Shown: positions 1-13,276 of the stretch, one piece after another
Position numbering within the stretch: the stretch's first letter is position 1
How the letters are laid out: every line of letters begins with the position of its first letter
Assembly: GCA_048772705.1 (NCBI GenBank)
Contig: JBLWGC010000213.1
Coordinates: 186,001 to 250,000, forward strand
DNA: 64,000 nt
Reading direction: 5' to 3'
Source of the DNA: Leidyana gryllorum EB-2025a
Lineage: Eukaryota; Protista; Apicomplexa
Notes under the pieces: model-generated
Seen by the model: only the letters and a program-made list of their open reading frames with translations
Database searches by the model: none
Told to the model about the DNA's origin: nothing
Translations under genes and position numbers: made by a program

Positions 1-74
1 AACATGCGAACGTACCTTGCTTCTGCTACCTCGTAGCATGCAATCGTAGTGCATGTGATAATCACCAGGATTGT

Positions 75-2946
75 ATGGTCAGCTCCGAGATGCGTATGAA
101 GCCGCTGGGACACGGATCAGGAGGTCCGAGCCTGCGCGAGAAACATCCAGATGCGCGATGTGTATCTGTCACGACTCCTGCGGTTCCACTGGTCGCAGGA
201 CAGAATCCTTGCATACCACCTCGAAGTGTTGTAGCGATGGCCCACGCACAAGTTGGCCTGCAAGGCCCTGTCCCTCCCAATCAGGCGCGCCCAGACATCA
301 TGCTTCAAAAAGCTGGGGCTACGCAGACTAGGACCTTGAAAGATCCAGTCAAGAAGCAGACTGACGGTCGGTCAAAACAATCATCTACCCCGCCTGCCCC
401 TATAATCTCTAACACCCCACCGTCAAAGGTGCCGACTCCTATGGGCGCGTCTCCGGCGAGAATAGTCTCCCCGTCTGGTTTGCAGGGCGAGGTTGCTACT
501 CCTAGTTTCTTATCATCTCCTTCGAACGGGCACCGAAATCTCACGCGAGGCGCGAACCTCAGCCAGTCACAATTCCACTTACCCACCACATATGATATCC
601 CTCCCAATCTCACAATTCCTCAACCGCCGAGCGCTATGGGAATGCCTCCCAGCACACCGTTCCTGATACCAGGCAAAACGACTGTGGTCGCCACCCCAAT
701 GAAGAATTATAAGCTACCCGACAACTCTCCGTCACCGAAAGACATCCTCGAGGAAGGTTTGCGACAATACCTGCATCACAAATCCTACGCTCAATCGGAG
801 TTGAGTGATGGCCGAAGCTCTCACTGCTCGCCACCAACCCTTCACCCATCTCCAACTGGGATGAGACCACCGCAATTCGCGTCTGCCCATACAGTGACCC
901 CTTTCCCACCCGATCTGGCAGCTAAAGCGTGGCGGCCGTATTGCGAGCCTTGTCCGTGGGAGGATCCTCCTCCTGCACCAACTCGCAAAGCCCGTCATGG
1001 CGCATGTGCGGATTGGTTGGGGGAGACAGAGGATTCTCAAGCCACTTCTGAACAAGAAAGCGAGTATGCTGACGAGGCTCTGATTGGCTGCTTCTTGAAG
1101 AATATGAAGAAAAAGGTACGCAAAGGGTTGCGTACTGTCAAGCGAGCAGTTGTTTCGCCACCCAAAGACAAAGGTCTATTTCTGCAAACATGGAGTCAGC
1201 GAGAAGCCGAGCTCGATAAGTTCTCCAGTTCTATGCAGAAAGCGGTTAGAACGGATCATGGCATCCGTGCCTACCCTCCATGCGTACCTGCAAGCCTTGC
1301 CAATGCTCCCAAAACTCCAGATTGGAACAAACTCGAAGATCTACTGATGACTGAATTCAAGTACCCACCACCTGATATGACTGACGAAGAGCTGGATCAC
1401 TACGAAGATTGGCTTTCTACTTTGACTCCGCAACAAGCTCTGTATTGGCGCTTACACGCGGTCCGTACACACCGATCTAAGCTGATTATGAAGTGTATCA
1501 AGAAAGATATTGACGAGCGCAAGAAGGCGACGCAGTCGCAAGACGAAGCCAACGCTCGTTTGACACGAAACGCTTCTGGCTCAATGACTCCTGGCACCAG
1601 CAATATCTCAGGGGCGGCCACTCCCGCTCTCATCCCAGGTAAGACTGCTTCAAGAGGACATGCATGAGCGTTCTACTATAGATCCTAACAGTGGCATGTG
1701 TACTCTTCCCGGCGAGAAGCAAAGGCGAGTGCACCATGTTATCTGTCCCGCGATCGAGAACTGGCCAAAAGTCACCCCGGCAGAGGAAGCGGTCACTTGC
1801 GAACTTGAGCGCCAATTCGCCACCATCTCCTTCCGCAAGTGGGCTACTGCCGAGCAGATCCGGTTTCTGGACGGTGCCATGCCGTGGTTGAAGAAACGCG
1901 GCTGCAGGTTCACAAGGGAGTGTCAATGGACTGAACGTCAATCGGAGATGTTCCATGACGCTTGGGCTGGACGGCTTGTGTGAGTTTCAAAGCTTTTCGT
2001 TGTCAGCAATCAGCTTTCGTCGCAGGCAATGGATGTTTATGGATGAGATTGTGGATAAACCACGGGGCATGTTGGAGTATTTGTGTGACTCTGATATCCT
2101 TATGCAATGGCAGAAGAATCAGATGGACGAGTGTGCCAAACGTATCAGTCATGCTCGGTTTATGGCCCCGAAATTGGGTCAGTTGCTCCAGGACTGGCTG
2201 AAGGACAGAGTTAGACTCGTGCGTGAGTATCGCGAGTTGGAGCAACTGGAGTGGCGATGCTTCAAGGTAAGTGAAGAGAGTTCACGGGTGTGCGACGACT
2301 TGTCACCTTTAGCGACTCGCTGCGGGGGAGACCAACGCGTTTGATCCCCAGTCTAAGGGAGACCCAAAGTACGACCTTTTGGGTTGGCAGCCAAGCAACG
2401 CGTTCCAAGAGCCGTCAATTGATCCGGCGACAGTGCGGCTGACTACTATCGACTCGGAAATGTTCTATTTGGAGAACCGTCATCGGGAGACGATGGCTCA
2501 GCTCGGACGGGCTCGTTGTCCCGAAGAGGTTGATCTGCTCCGGTTCAGGTTGAACGGGATATTCGGGCAGATCTGGGCACTTCGGGAGTTTGAAGCGATC
2601 CGATGGGAATTGGATCCGGCTATGATTCCGTTCCCACGGAGTTGTCGAGCATACACCATATCTCCCAATGGCGAGGTGATGTTCGCTCGTCCCACCTGCC
2701 ACTTTGTCTTTAACACGGGGAGAAGAAGACGAGCCGAGGTTGAGGCTAAATTACGTCAACAACAGGCAGTGGAGAAAGAGCGGTGGATGTTTGATCGCGA
2801 GCAGGAGAATATGGAACGCGAAGCACAGGGGCTTTCTCGGTTGCCATCTGAACCTGAGGATTCCAACATCTTGAGTACAATCTTCTCTTCTGTCCGGGAC
2901 TTTTTCTTCTATCGCAGCCGATGAGGAGCACTTGAGAGCGAGCTGA
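75..2946 (+). CDS. Hypothetical protein, Pro/Ser-rich N-terminal half and helical C-terminal half; 5 inferred exons
   Basis: ORFs 75-1667, 1660-1983, 1955-2344 and 2379-2924 join in frame through GT-AG introns at ~1639-1681, 1980-2026, 2267-2311 and 2876-2917; no family recognised. Confidence 0.6.
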
Positions 2947-3195
2947 GACTGCAGCGATAAGGTGACTAGAACGCGCTTTACGTCCACGAGCGGTGCATTC
3001 CTGTGGGTGTGATTCTCTGTCACAAATGCGGAGTACTCCCTTGTGTGTCCATCGGGGCGGTTTGAGGGTTCTTAGCTCGTGGATACTACGAGCATCAGCT
3101 GCCTGGTGGGCTGGATTGCGGCTCGTGTTTTGAGGATGACAATAGCGAACAGAACCTCTTTCAGGTCACAGCACAAAAAAGTTGTTTGAGCATCA

Positions 3196-6006
3196 ATGCT
3201 TACTATTTCCAAGGCGCCACAGAGTGTGGAGGCGCTGGAGAAGTATTTGAGTAGTGGTAGCGGTGTGCAATTCGACGAAAGTCTGAACGAAGCTATCAAT
3301 GCCCAAGGGGGTGCTGGAGTATCAGATGTGGGTGTGAAATTGAACGATAACCCTTCGCTTCCCGAGACGAAGCGGCTGGTTGGTGCGTTGGCACTTGCAG
3401 CGGGTGCTCGGGCCGCGAGTGATCCGAAAGCTCGGGATCGGGCTGTAATTTTGGAGAAATTGATATCGTTGAGGGACTCGTTGAACAGCCAGTCGAGCAC
3501 GATTGATGCTGACCTTAGCGCTTTGCGGCCTTTGTTGAGGCATGAGCCTTTCGAAGAGATAGGCGCTGCATTGTATCTATGCCTGGTGGGGACTCATATT
3601 ATGCCGCAGATAGTGGCGGACGTTGGGTCAGCGGTGGAGTTGTGTGGTCTGAAAGCTGACATGTTGGCCTCGAAGCCTCCCGCAACTGCTCGGCCGGTGA
3701 CGAAAGAGTTGTCAAATCTGATGAATTGGTTGTTTGATGACTCGAAGATAACGGAGCGGAAGAGTTCGGAAGGGCTGACGACCTCATTGTTATTGGGGAT
3801 GGAGAGTGTGTTGTCATTGTCGCGGGATCTGCTGCAAGACCTCAAGTCTGAGTTTGACGCGTCGATGTACAAAGGCGTGGATCGCACTCTGGAGACTCGG
3901 AAGCGATTGATCGCTGGTAGATCTCAGTTTGTGAACCAGGCGCTCAGACCTTTCTGTGGCGACCTTTTGAGTCTGGTGAAGGTGGTTGTGAGTACCACCG
4001 AATCCGAGTTTCCTGCGGGGTCAGATGCGATTGCGGTCACTACAGAGGAGCTCGAGAAAGCGCCTCCTGCGGAAGCTGCGGTTTTGCGGGAGGCGATTGG
4101 GTCGGAGGGTATGGACAAAAGCGAAGCCCATGCGCTGCTTTCGCGGGTGGATAGCTGCGAGTCAAAGTGCAATGACCCCCAATCGGAGGCAGTCTCTTGC
4201 CTTATGGAGACGGTGGCTGTCCTCCATGACGGAGTGATGTGTTTGCTCAAAGTCAAAAGTATCCAAACGTACAATCGGGGTATGGAGAAGCTGAAACAAG
4301 GCAAGAAGTCTGCCAGTTGGACACTGAAGATGGGGAAAGGTGCCGAAAGTTACTGCAGTTTGTCCAAGTCTCTCGCTTTACCTCTGACTCAGCTGTCGGC
4401 TCTGATCCGCAATCGAGATGTGCTTACCCGGGCGTTGACGGCGAAGAATCAAGTTACGAGGAAACCCAAAGTGCCAAAAGGGTGTCTGGATTTCGAGCCG
4501 CATCAAATGCGTCTGCGGGAGGCGTTGTTGAAGCGTATCTGTGACGTCTTTAAGCTGTTCGGAGCCGAGGCTATTGATACTCCGGTTTTTGAACTCAAAG
4601 AAGTGCTGACGGGAAAGTACGGCGAGGACACCAAACTGATCTACGATTTGAAAGATCAGGGCGGCGAGCAGCTCGGACTCCGGTACGACCTCACCGTTCC
4701 TTTCGCTCGTTTCTGTGCCTCCAACGCGGTGGACAAAATCAAACGTTACCACATCGGCAAAGTATATCGACGGGACGAGCCGCAGGTGGCCAAAGGGAGA
4801 CTGCGCGAGTTTTATCAGTGTGATGTGGACATCGCCGGCACTTACAGCCGGATGGCGGCCGATTCGGAGATTGTGGCGGTAAGTGGTCGAATTGTTGAGC
4901 GGTGAGTCTTATTAAAAACGTCTGCAGATGGCCGTGCGACTGTTGGACGAACTGTCACCTCTGATTGGCAACTACATCATTAAAATATCCCACCGGCGAT
5001 TGTTGGACGGTATGATGGAGGTGTGTGGTGTCCCGAGTGATAAGTTGCGCGCGATCTCCTCGGCCATCGACAAGTTGGATAAGGAGCCCTGGGAGGCTGT
5101 GGAACGAGAGATGGTTGAGGATAAAGGGTTGGACCCCGGAGTGGCTGCCAAACTCAAAGAATTCGTCGGCTTCAAGGGTACCATCAAAAATGTCATCGAG
5201 TCACTCAAGGGTGTCGAGGGTGTGTCGGCTAATGCCGGAATCAAAGAAGCCTTTGAAGACCTGATGTTATTGGCCGATTATCTCAAAGACGTCCCTCGGT
5301 TCGAGGAGCGCGTTGTCCTGGACACTTCTTTGGCCCGGGGTCTTGACTACTACACGGGTTTGATCTACGAGGCCGTCGTCCTTGATGGCGATGTTCCGGT
5401 CGGCAGTATCGCCGCGGGAGGACGGTATGATAAGCTGATTGGAATGTTCTCTGGCAAAGACATTCCTGCTGTGGGCATCTCGCTGGGAGTTGAACGGGTA
5501 TTCCGGTTGGCCGAAGCCAAATTCAAAGTGAACAGATTCTCTTTGGAGCGGAAACAAGGCGGAGAAATGATCCCCACCAATAAGACTGACGTATTCGTGT
5601 GCTCCATCGGTGGCAGTTTCTTCTCGTAAGTCGACTATCTGTGATGAGTGACAATAGCTTCTGACAGCGAAAAGATGGCCGTTGCCAACTTGTTGCGAAG
5701 CGCCAATATTCGCACCGAGATTGCGCTGAGCGAGCAGAAATTAGTCAAGCAGCTCCCAGCCATCATTGAACAAAGTAAGCCGCCATTTCTCGAATACCCC
5801 TCCTTACCCTTTCCTTTATAGACATCCCATTCGGTGTTCTGTTCGGCGAAGACGAGCTGAAGCGGTCGGTGGTAAAGGTGAAGGAGTTTGTCGCCTCGGG
5901 CGAGGGAACAGAATCCGAAGTGGCCATCGATGAGGTGGCTGACTTTATCAAACGCAAAATGATAGAACAGGACCGCTGGCCCTTAGATCAGATTTTGTTG
6001 GGATGA
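3196..6006 (+). CDS. HARS: Histidyl-tRNA synthetase with N-terminal HAL-like extension
   Basis: Motifs [54 protein letters not shown]; introns 4879-4927, 5626-5667 and ~5775-5821 restore the anticodon-binding domain. Confidence 0.95.
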
Positions 6007-6074
6007 AGAGTGTGTGAGTGTTAGTGATAGCAGCGGAAAGGACTCTCTATCTAAGACTGGCGACTCATTGACGT

Positions 6075-8076
6075 TCATTCGGCTGTGAAGCCCAGCTCTT
6101 TGGCGACCTCTTCAGCCCTGCGGACTGCGTTTCCGAGATAGCAATCGATTGTTTCCTCCCAAAACTTGGGATCGTTGCCGTCGAGTCCGAACAACTGCAA
6201 TTTATTCACATTTATCCACAATCACCGATGTTGACTCACCTGCAGCTGCTCAGCCAACTCGAGATTGGCACCGCTGGACAGGAACTGTGCATAAGTCTCC
6301 TCAAAGTTCGGCAACTTTTTGTCCTGATACACCTTATACAAAGCGCCAGTAATCAATTGGGCGATGGTATAGGAGTGCACGTAGAGAGGATACATTGGGA
6401 AATGGGGAATGTACACCCAATTGTACGACATATCCTCGTACTTCTCAAACAGCTCGCCCTCTTCACCATAAAACTCCTTTGTGCACTGCATCCAGAAACC
6501 CTTCAAGTCGTCCTCAGACACTGTTCCATCAGCCCGAGCTGTATGGAACAGTTCCTCGAACCTATCCAAACTCGCCTGTCGCACTATTGTATTAATAATG
6601 TCGTCACATTTTGACATCAGTCGGATCAGTTTGTCCTGCGGCGTGGTACATTTGGACAACAGATTCATGAACACCATTTCTTCTCCGAATGTTGAGGCAG
6701 TCTCTGCCACCGCAGATCCCGGCACCGACTGCAGATACGGCAGCGCCTGGGTGGCATGGATTGCGTGCGTGGCGTGACCACATTCGTGGGCCAAAGTACA
6801 GACATCATCCATTTTGCCCAGATAATTCATCATCACATAAGGCCCGCTCTTCTCCGTTCCGAGTAAACAATAGGCGTTTCCCTTCTTCTTCGGCCTCACC
6901 AGCGCATCAATACGACCTTCTTTGACCAATCGATCGAATATTTTGGCGATATTGGGACTGAACGACTCAAATGCTTCTCTCACAATCTTCTCCGCCTCAT
7001 CGTACTGAATAACTGGCTGGGTTGTTCCCTCCAACACAATCAATGCATTCCGGTCTGCCCACGTGAACTCTGGCAACTTTTGCGTCTTCTTCAAAATCGC
7101 CTTCTTCAGTCGATAAAACCGCCTCGTCCACTCGCCTCCACGGGTACGCACGGCATTCAGCAACGCGTCAACCACCTCAACGGAAGTCTGGTTCCGCAAA
7201 CATTGCTCGTGGCGAAGTGACTGCGTGACAGAGGATCCAAACCGATCTCAACAACACCACAAAAGGATCTCACCGTAAACTTTCGCATCTTCCGCTCCAT
7301 GTGCCCCTCACCAGCCACCATATCCAGAGTCACAGTAGCGAGAGCGGAAATCCCGTTACCGCTCAGCCCTTTGTCCAGACACTTCAGAGCCGCATGCCGC
7401 ACTCGCCAGTCGTGATCGTGCAGGAATTGGAGCACTTCTTCCAACCCCAGACTCTCATCCTTCCCACTCACCGGGTGTTTCCACTCAAAACGAGCGTTTG
7501 TAACACTCCGGTTCTGGAACTCCACGAGAGGACGGGTGCCACAGTACGGCTCACGAGCTGTCAGTGCTTTCTCAACTTCCTCAGTCAGCTGATGGGGCCG
7601 CATAACACGGGCCCGTCTGATACACCGTATAAAGGCGTCGCTCAACGTGTTACCAGCGGCTTGCAACTGCTGCTCCACGTTGTCATCGTCCAAGCCACAG
7701 ACCTCAATGGTCCAAAAGCTCAGATACTCCGAGTACATCCTAATTACTCACAGTACGCAATTTGATACATTCCTTACTCATCAAGCTTTGCCTCCAAGAA
7801 GCTCCCTCGCTTGACGTTAGCGTCGCTACAATTTACATCGATGCACAACTTGATGAATGATTGCAAGTCAGCCTGAGTCTCCGTAATGCTGTTCAGTTCC
7901 AGCAGTGACGCAGCTAGCTTGTGTCCCAGTTGACCGTGATAGGCCGAATAAAACGCTTCCATACGTTTGCCCAAGGCTTCAATGGCGGTGTCATAGGCGG
8001 TGTCCTCGACTCCCTTGAAGCCGGAGAGCTTCTCAATGTCCCAAACTGGGATGATTTCGGTATTTAGCTCTCCCAT
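6075..8076 (-). CDS. pepF: Oligoendopeptidase F (peptidase M3B)
   Basis: TLAHECGHATH zinc motif, AETAS, KKGNAYC, WVYIPHF and N-terminal WDI motif; 4 exons joined by GT-AG introns. Confidence 0.88.
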
Positions 8077-8138
8077 TATGGCTCAATAAGAAATTTAGCC
8101 ACTGTGTGACGGACTTGAGCAACAGACAAACACGTTCG

Positions 8139-10976
8139 ATGAAGCCTGTCGCAGCTGTGCTACTACAGCACGCAGTCCTTGCACAATTTTTACCGAACCT
8201 AGGCCTGCGGAATGGATTGTTTGATACTGTGAGCAAGTTTGTCAGTGAAAGGGCCACTGCGCTCTCTGGCACTATCGCTTCGCAACTCAGTGATCCTGAA
8301 GCGCCCCTGGCTGCCTTCAAGAGAGAACTAGATCAGATTTTTGCACCCACTGAACCTCCCTCTACCACCACGACCGAAACTACCACAACTACAATCCCAG
8401 CAGGTCGTTTGGCACCGAGACATTTGATCCGCCATGCTAATCCAAATGATCCCACCGACTTGACCCTGGCAGCCGAAGAAGAACTCGAAATGAACAGGGA
8501 GACAATTCAAATGGTCGCACCTGGATTTGTTCAGGATGGCCCACTTGGAGGCTTGTTGAAGTCTGGTTTGGATGTGATACTTGGAATGATCAATGCTCAA
8601 CAAACTTTGGCATCAGCGAAGAGGCGATTCCTGAAATCACTCGATCACTCCTCGGTAACGTGGCTATATGCTAGTCAGGAAGGACTATTGAAAGAAATGA
8701 GGGGGGCAGGGTGTGTCTTGGCCTCCGACACGCCTTTTGACCCCGATGTGTACCACTGGGTGGCTCTCTCACCAGACGTAGACGAGCCTCACCTTCTAGA
8801 CCTGTCGGACGGAAGCACACTGATCCGAGCCCCTCTGCCGGAGGATTTGACAGACTTGTGTACCTCCGCACCTCTCCGCCGGCTCGACGAGCCAGCACAA
8901 GGTCTGATAAGCCAAGGGGCTCGCCTGATTGGCCGGCTGGGAGGCATTTTTGGTGCAGCAGCTAGTGTCGCTGAGCCAGGAGGCGGCGGGATCTTAGGCA
9001 GACTTTTACCAACGGTTTTGGGGCAATCGCCCCAAGCGGCTCCCCCACCTCGGATATCCACTTCTAGAACCCCACCGAATCTCCCACAAAGAAGTTCTGT
9101 GGCAGACCGCGCACAGTTGGAAAGATCTCATGCCGAACAAGTTGCCATTTTACGCTACCTATCGAGGCGGCCGTTTGATCCCACGGAACAACGGCCCGAC
9201 GCCTACAGTATCCTGATGGAAGGGCTCGAAGCGAATGGGTTTTCGCAATCTTCCGACTTTGTGGCATCCCTCGGAAGGGACTTCCTCTTACGCTCGTTGT
9301 CTGAAGTTGAAGACGCGTTGGACAACACATACGGCTTCGATGACAGCGTTGCTCGAGCCGACATGATCTTTGACTACGACGCGCTTCTGGCACAGGCCAC
9401 CTCCGACCGCTCGCACCTGCCATATATCCCTTCTCAACAGGAGGCCTCGCAGACCGAGGATATCAGAATGCGATCATTGCACGAGAAGTATGGACCAGAT
9501 GTAGAGATCGAAGAATATGACGAGTGTTTGTTGATGGACGCAGAGATTGTGGGCACCAGTTTGATAGTTATCCGTGCAACAGACGTTCTAGCTTGTCAGA
9601 AGCTATGTATGCGCAGTGCTCGATGTCAATTCGTGACCCTCCGCAAGGATGAAAACCTCTGCTACCAATATCAAGATGCCACCGCCCTCCAAGCGCGGAA
9701 GAACTCCATCAGCGCACCTCGGAAATGCCCCACAAGTGAAGAACAACTGATTGACGAGAGAGCTAATCGCGATACGGGAGCGATAAGGAACGGATTTGAG
9801 GATCAGGCACGAGAACACGCCACTATGAATGGTTATGCGGCGTCCAACAACCCAAACGCCCCCCACTATGCTGCAGAGTATGATGACGAAGAGTATATGG
9901 GGAACGCACAACTAGAGGGACAGCAGGTAGCGGCAGCAGGAGGAGGTGAGTGATTGCAACTGAGCCAGTTTACGATGTGAATTTTAGTGTTGGGAGGCGG
10001 TTTGCTTGGAGGACTTACGGGGGCCTTAGGTGGTGGACTCGGGATCGGTCAGTCGCTCGCAGGATTGGGGGCGGGCGGTCTGGGCAGTGGTGCTGGGGCT
10101 GCGCTCTCCGCGGCTTCGAATATGCTGGTCACTGGTTCGCAGATCATGAAAGCCATTCCCATTCAAGAGCTGGCCAAGGCTGGGGCTCAACTATCGGAGG
10201 CTGGTTACTTTAGGAATCGTGCCCGTGGAGGACCAGGTGGCAGGAATAAGGACAAAACCTCCATGCCGCCCCCACCCAATGCTGGATCGCCTTCGGTGAC
10301 ATGTCGCACGGAGGGTATGAGTTGCTGTGTTCCCAGGAACGCCGTACCAGACTGGCAGAATCATCCCCCATACCTCAACCAGTATGACAAACCGGGTTGC
10401 AGAAGTGTTTACGTGTCGGCGTATGACCAGATGTGCGCCACGGCGTCTTTTGAAGGGCGGAATGACGAAGAGCGATGTGGTGTTGTACTTACTGACACTT
10501 CGGATCTACAGATCTACAAGCACGTTTTGACTATTCCAGCCAGGAACATGAACAATGCGATTTGTGAATGCTTCCGCTCACCCATTCAAGATGCATCGTC
10601 CGAGGATTTGACCCAAGGAGCGGCTCGATGGGAGTTTAGCATTTTGGCGGTCGAAGAAGCGGCTCACCGCAGGAATGAGACTGAGGCTACAGCTCAGAAA
10701 CTGATCAGAACTGCGAACGCCGCAATGACTCTCACAAACATATTGGGTCAAACTGCCAATTCGGAATCTCAGGGGGGCATGAGCGGGGCGAGTATGCGGA
10801 GCTTACCAGGAGGTGCTGGGATAACAGCAGTGGCTCCTATGCTGGATGGACCGAGTTCTGGAGGACGGAGTCAGACTGTTCAGAATGCAGGATCAGCGCT
10901 TTCGGCATTAGGGACAGCGGTGAATACGATAGGATCTTTGGGGAACATGGTGAATGGTTTACGGCGAGGCGGCTAA
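8139..10976 (+). CDS. Secreted protein with PAN/apple domain, Gly-rich segments and a second Cys-rich domain (microneme-like)
   Basis: Signal-like MKPVAAVLLQHAVLA; PAN pattern C...ACQKLCMRSARCQFVT...LCYQY...SAPRKC; intron ~9946-9987 links the two ORFs. Confidence 0.7.
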
Positions 10977-11129
10977 GCTCGAAGGTCAATGATGAGAAGT
11001 GTTGAAGGAGTTATTCAGATCATTGCTGTCTTGTACGAGACTCTGCATCAGAGACACATCATTTCTGGTGGGCAAACACAGATAGCTCCTGCAGTATCAA
11101 AAGGGAGGATCTCAGCAGCGCACCACAGG

Positions 11130-13256
11130 TCAAGGCAGGTTGGTCTTATGCTCCGTACAGGTGGAGATCTTGTCGATGCGTCCCCAAACGCGAGAAGTGC
11201 TGCTGAGTTGGGAGATTGTCGCCCTGGCTTCAATAATTTGATCATTAGATCTATTCAATGATTCTTCTAGCTTGGTGATTGAATCCTTTTGCTTTTCCAA
11301 TTCAGTCCGATATGACCGATTTTCGTCTTGGAGTTTCGCAATATCTTTCCTGAGTTCATCGATAGTTGTGAGAGAGTTCAAGTGTTGGAGTTGTGCATCG
11401 TCGATCGCCTTTTTGGCAGCATCGCGTTCCTCTTCCACAAGTCTGAGACTACTTCGAGTTGCGTCTAACTCACGTCGCGCAATGGAGAGTTCAACTTTGG
11501 TTGCGCCGGTGCACTTGCTTAAGTCTGTGTGTTTGGCTTCCAGAGTACTCTTCTCATCGCGGGCGGTCTTCAGTTGAGACTTGAGCTCGCTCACTTCGTC
11601 TCGCAGCTTCTCTATCTCCTGATCCTGGGCATCGATTCGAGTCTGTCGGGACTGTAATTCTTCCTGCAGGGTCTCTTCCTCTTTGGCTGCGGTTTTGAGC
11701 TTCGCTTCATGGCGTTCTGCGAGAGATCTGAGACGGAAGAGCTCGTCTTGCATGTCAGTGATCTGAGATGGAGGTCGATTGAGCCGCCCTCATTACAACT
11801 TTGTAGTTACCTGTTGTCGTGTCCGTTTGGCAGAGGCAGATGACTCGGAGACCTTTGTATTCATCTCTTCGCGTTCGCCCTCGAGTCTCTGGACGGTGCC
11901 TTGGAGTTGTTCTTTCTCCCTTTTCCACTCGATACTCTTGGCCCGCAGATCCCGCTGGGTTTCCTTGTTGGCGGCCTGTGCTCGTTCGAGTTGGAGGCGA
12001 AGCTGCGTGAGCTCGCGGATGCGAGAGACATCTACAGCTTCGGAGGAGGGTTGCGACAGCTTCTCTCTGAGCTTGGCGACCTCTGATCGGAGCTCTTCGA
12101 CTTGAAGGACCGGAGTTGCTTTGGGCTGCTCGACAGCTTCCCGCACGACCGGTCGAGAGTGGACCGGAGCCGGTCGGGTAGCGAGAGGGACGGGGCGGGC
12201 GTTTGGGGGCGGCGAGGTGACTGTGGAGAGGGGCACAGTCAAGGGAACGACGCTTGGGGAAGGACGGCCGGGGACTCCGATACGGCGTTCGGTTGGGAGC
12301 GCCCGTCGATCATCGGCGATGGTGTTACGTCGGTCTGTGACAGCTCCGAGAGCGGAGTTTCGCTGTGTGGTAGTGGATAGTCTGGAAGTGGCCTGTCTGT
12401 ATGCTTGCCAGGAGGGATGGCCCTCGATGCGGACTTGGGTGGATGTTGTATTGACCGCAGGCGTGATATGCGGTTGGTTGGGCGTGGCACGGGCCGTTAC
12501 AGGCGGTCTGCGAGTGGCGTCAGGGGGTCCTCGAGCAGTCTCGAGCGGCCCACGAAGGGCGTCGAATGGCACCCGAACGGTTTCGAGGGGCACACGAAGG
12601 GTCTCCATGGGCGACGCACGAGCAGTTTCGAGGGGTAATCGGGCAGTGTCGGGTCGGATTAGATAGGGAGAGCCGTGTGTGAGATTGGCGGGAGAGGCGA
12701 TCTGTTTGGTGGTTTCGAGGTCAGTGTGTGCGGGGGGAGGCGGAGTGAGATTAGCTCTTGCTGTGGCAGGAGGAGGCGGTAATGTATCTTTTGAGGGTTG
12801 AATAGTCTTTGGACAGGCGAGAATGTGGGCCTTTCGTCTGGTTTCGCGTATTTCTTGAATAGTCGGGAATCTGGTGAGGCCTCCGACGTGTAAAGTATTT
12901 GATTCTGAGATCGGTGCTCCGACCGGTAGGGAGAACTGACATGGGAGAAGTTGTAATGCATTGGGTCCGAATCTGGCAATGACAGGATTCGTTTGTACCG
13001 CGCCCGGTGTTTTGACTTCGGGCGGGGACCCAGTGACCCTCCGGGGGGAGATCTCCTGCTGAGAGAGGGCCTCGAAAGCCACGCCCTGTTGTTGTTGGAG
13101 TTGTAGTCTCAGCGCTTGTTGAGCTTTCTGGTTGGCCGAAGAAAGAATGGGTAGTGAACGACGTCTTGAGCTCTGCCACCTGGAAGGCGCGCCCAAGTGC
13201 GGGACAACGCGTTCACCTTGGGGTCGCTTATCAGCACGATCGAACCAAGACCACAT
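11130..13256 (-). CDS. Pro/Thr/Arg-rich plus long coiled-coil protein
   Basis: ORFs 11793-13256 and 11130-11753 joined by an intron at ~11763-11810; E/K/L heptad-rich C-terminus. Confidence 0.65.
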
Positions 13257-13276
13257 TGACTAGAGGCATGCGCATG

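Noticed and set aside
1639-2344. Overlapping ORFs (ATGCATGA) suggesting retroelement or viral frameshifting
   Set aside because: Fully explained by 43-47-nt GT-AG introns; no gag/pol motifs
8073-8086. CCATTATGGCTCAA, a 13/14 match to part of the dinoflagellate/perkinsid spliced leader (also TTTTGGCTCAA at 38346-38356)
   Set aside because: It includes the pepF start codon and the recurrent GCTCAA motif, and lacks the 5' half and terminal AG; the second hit is antisense within a CDS; likely chance
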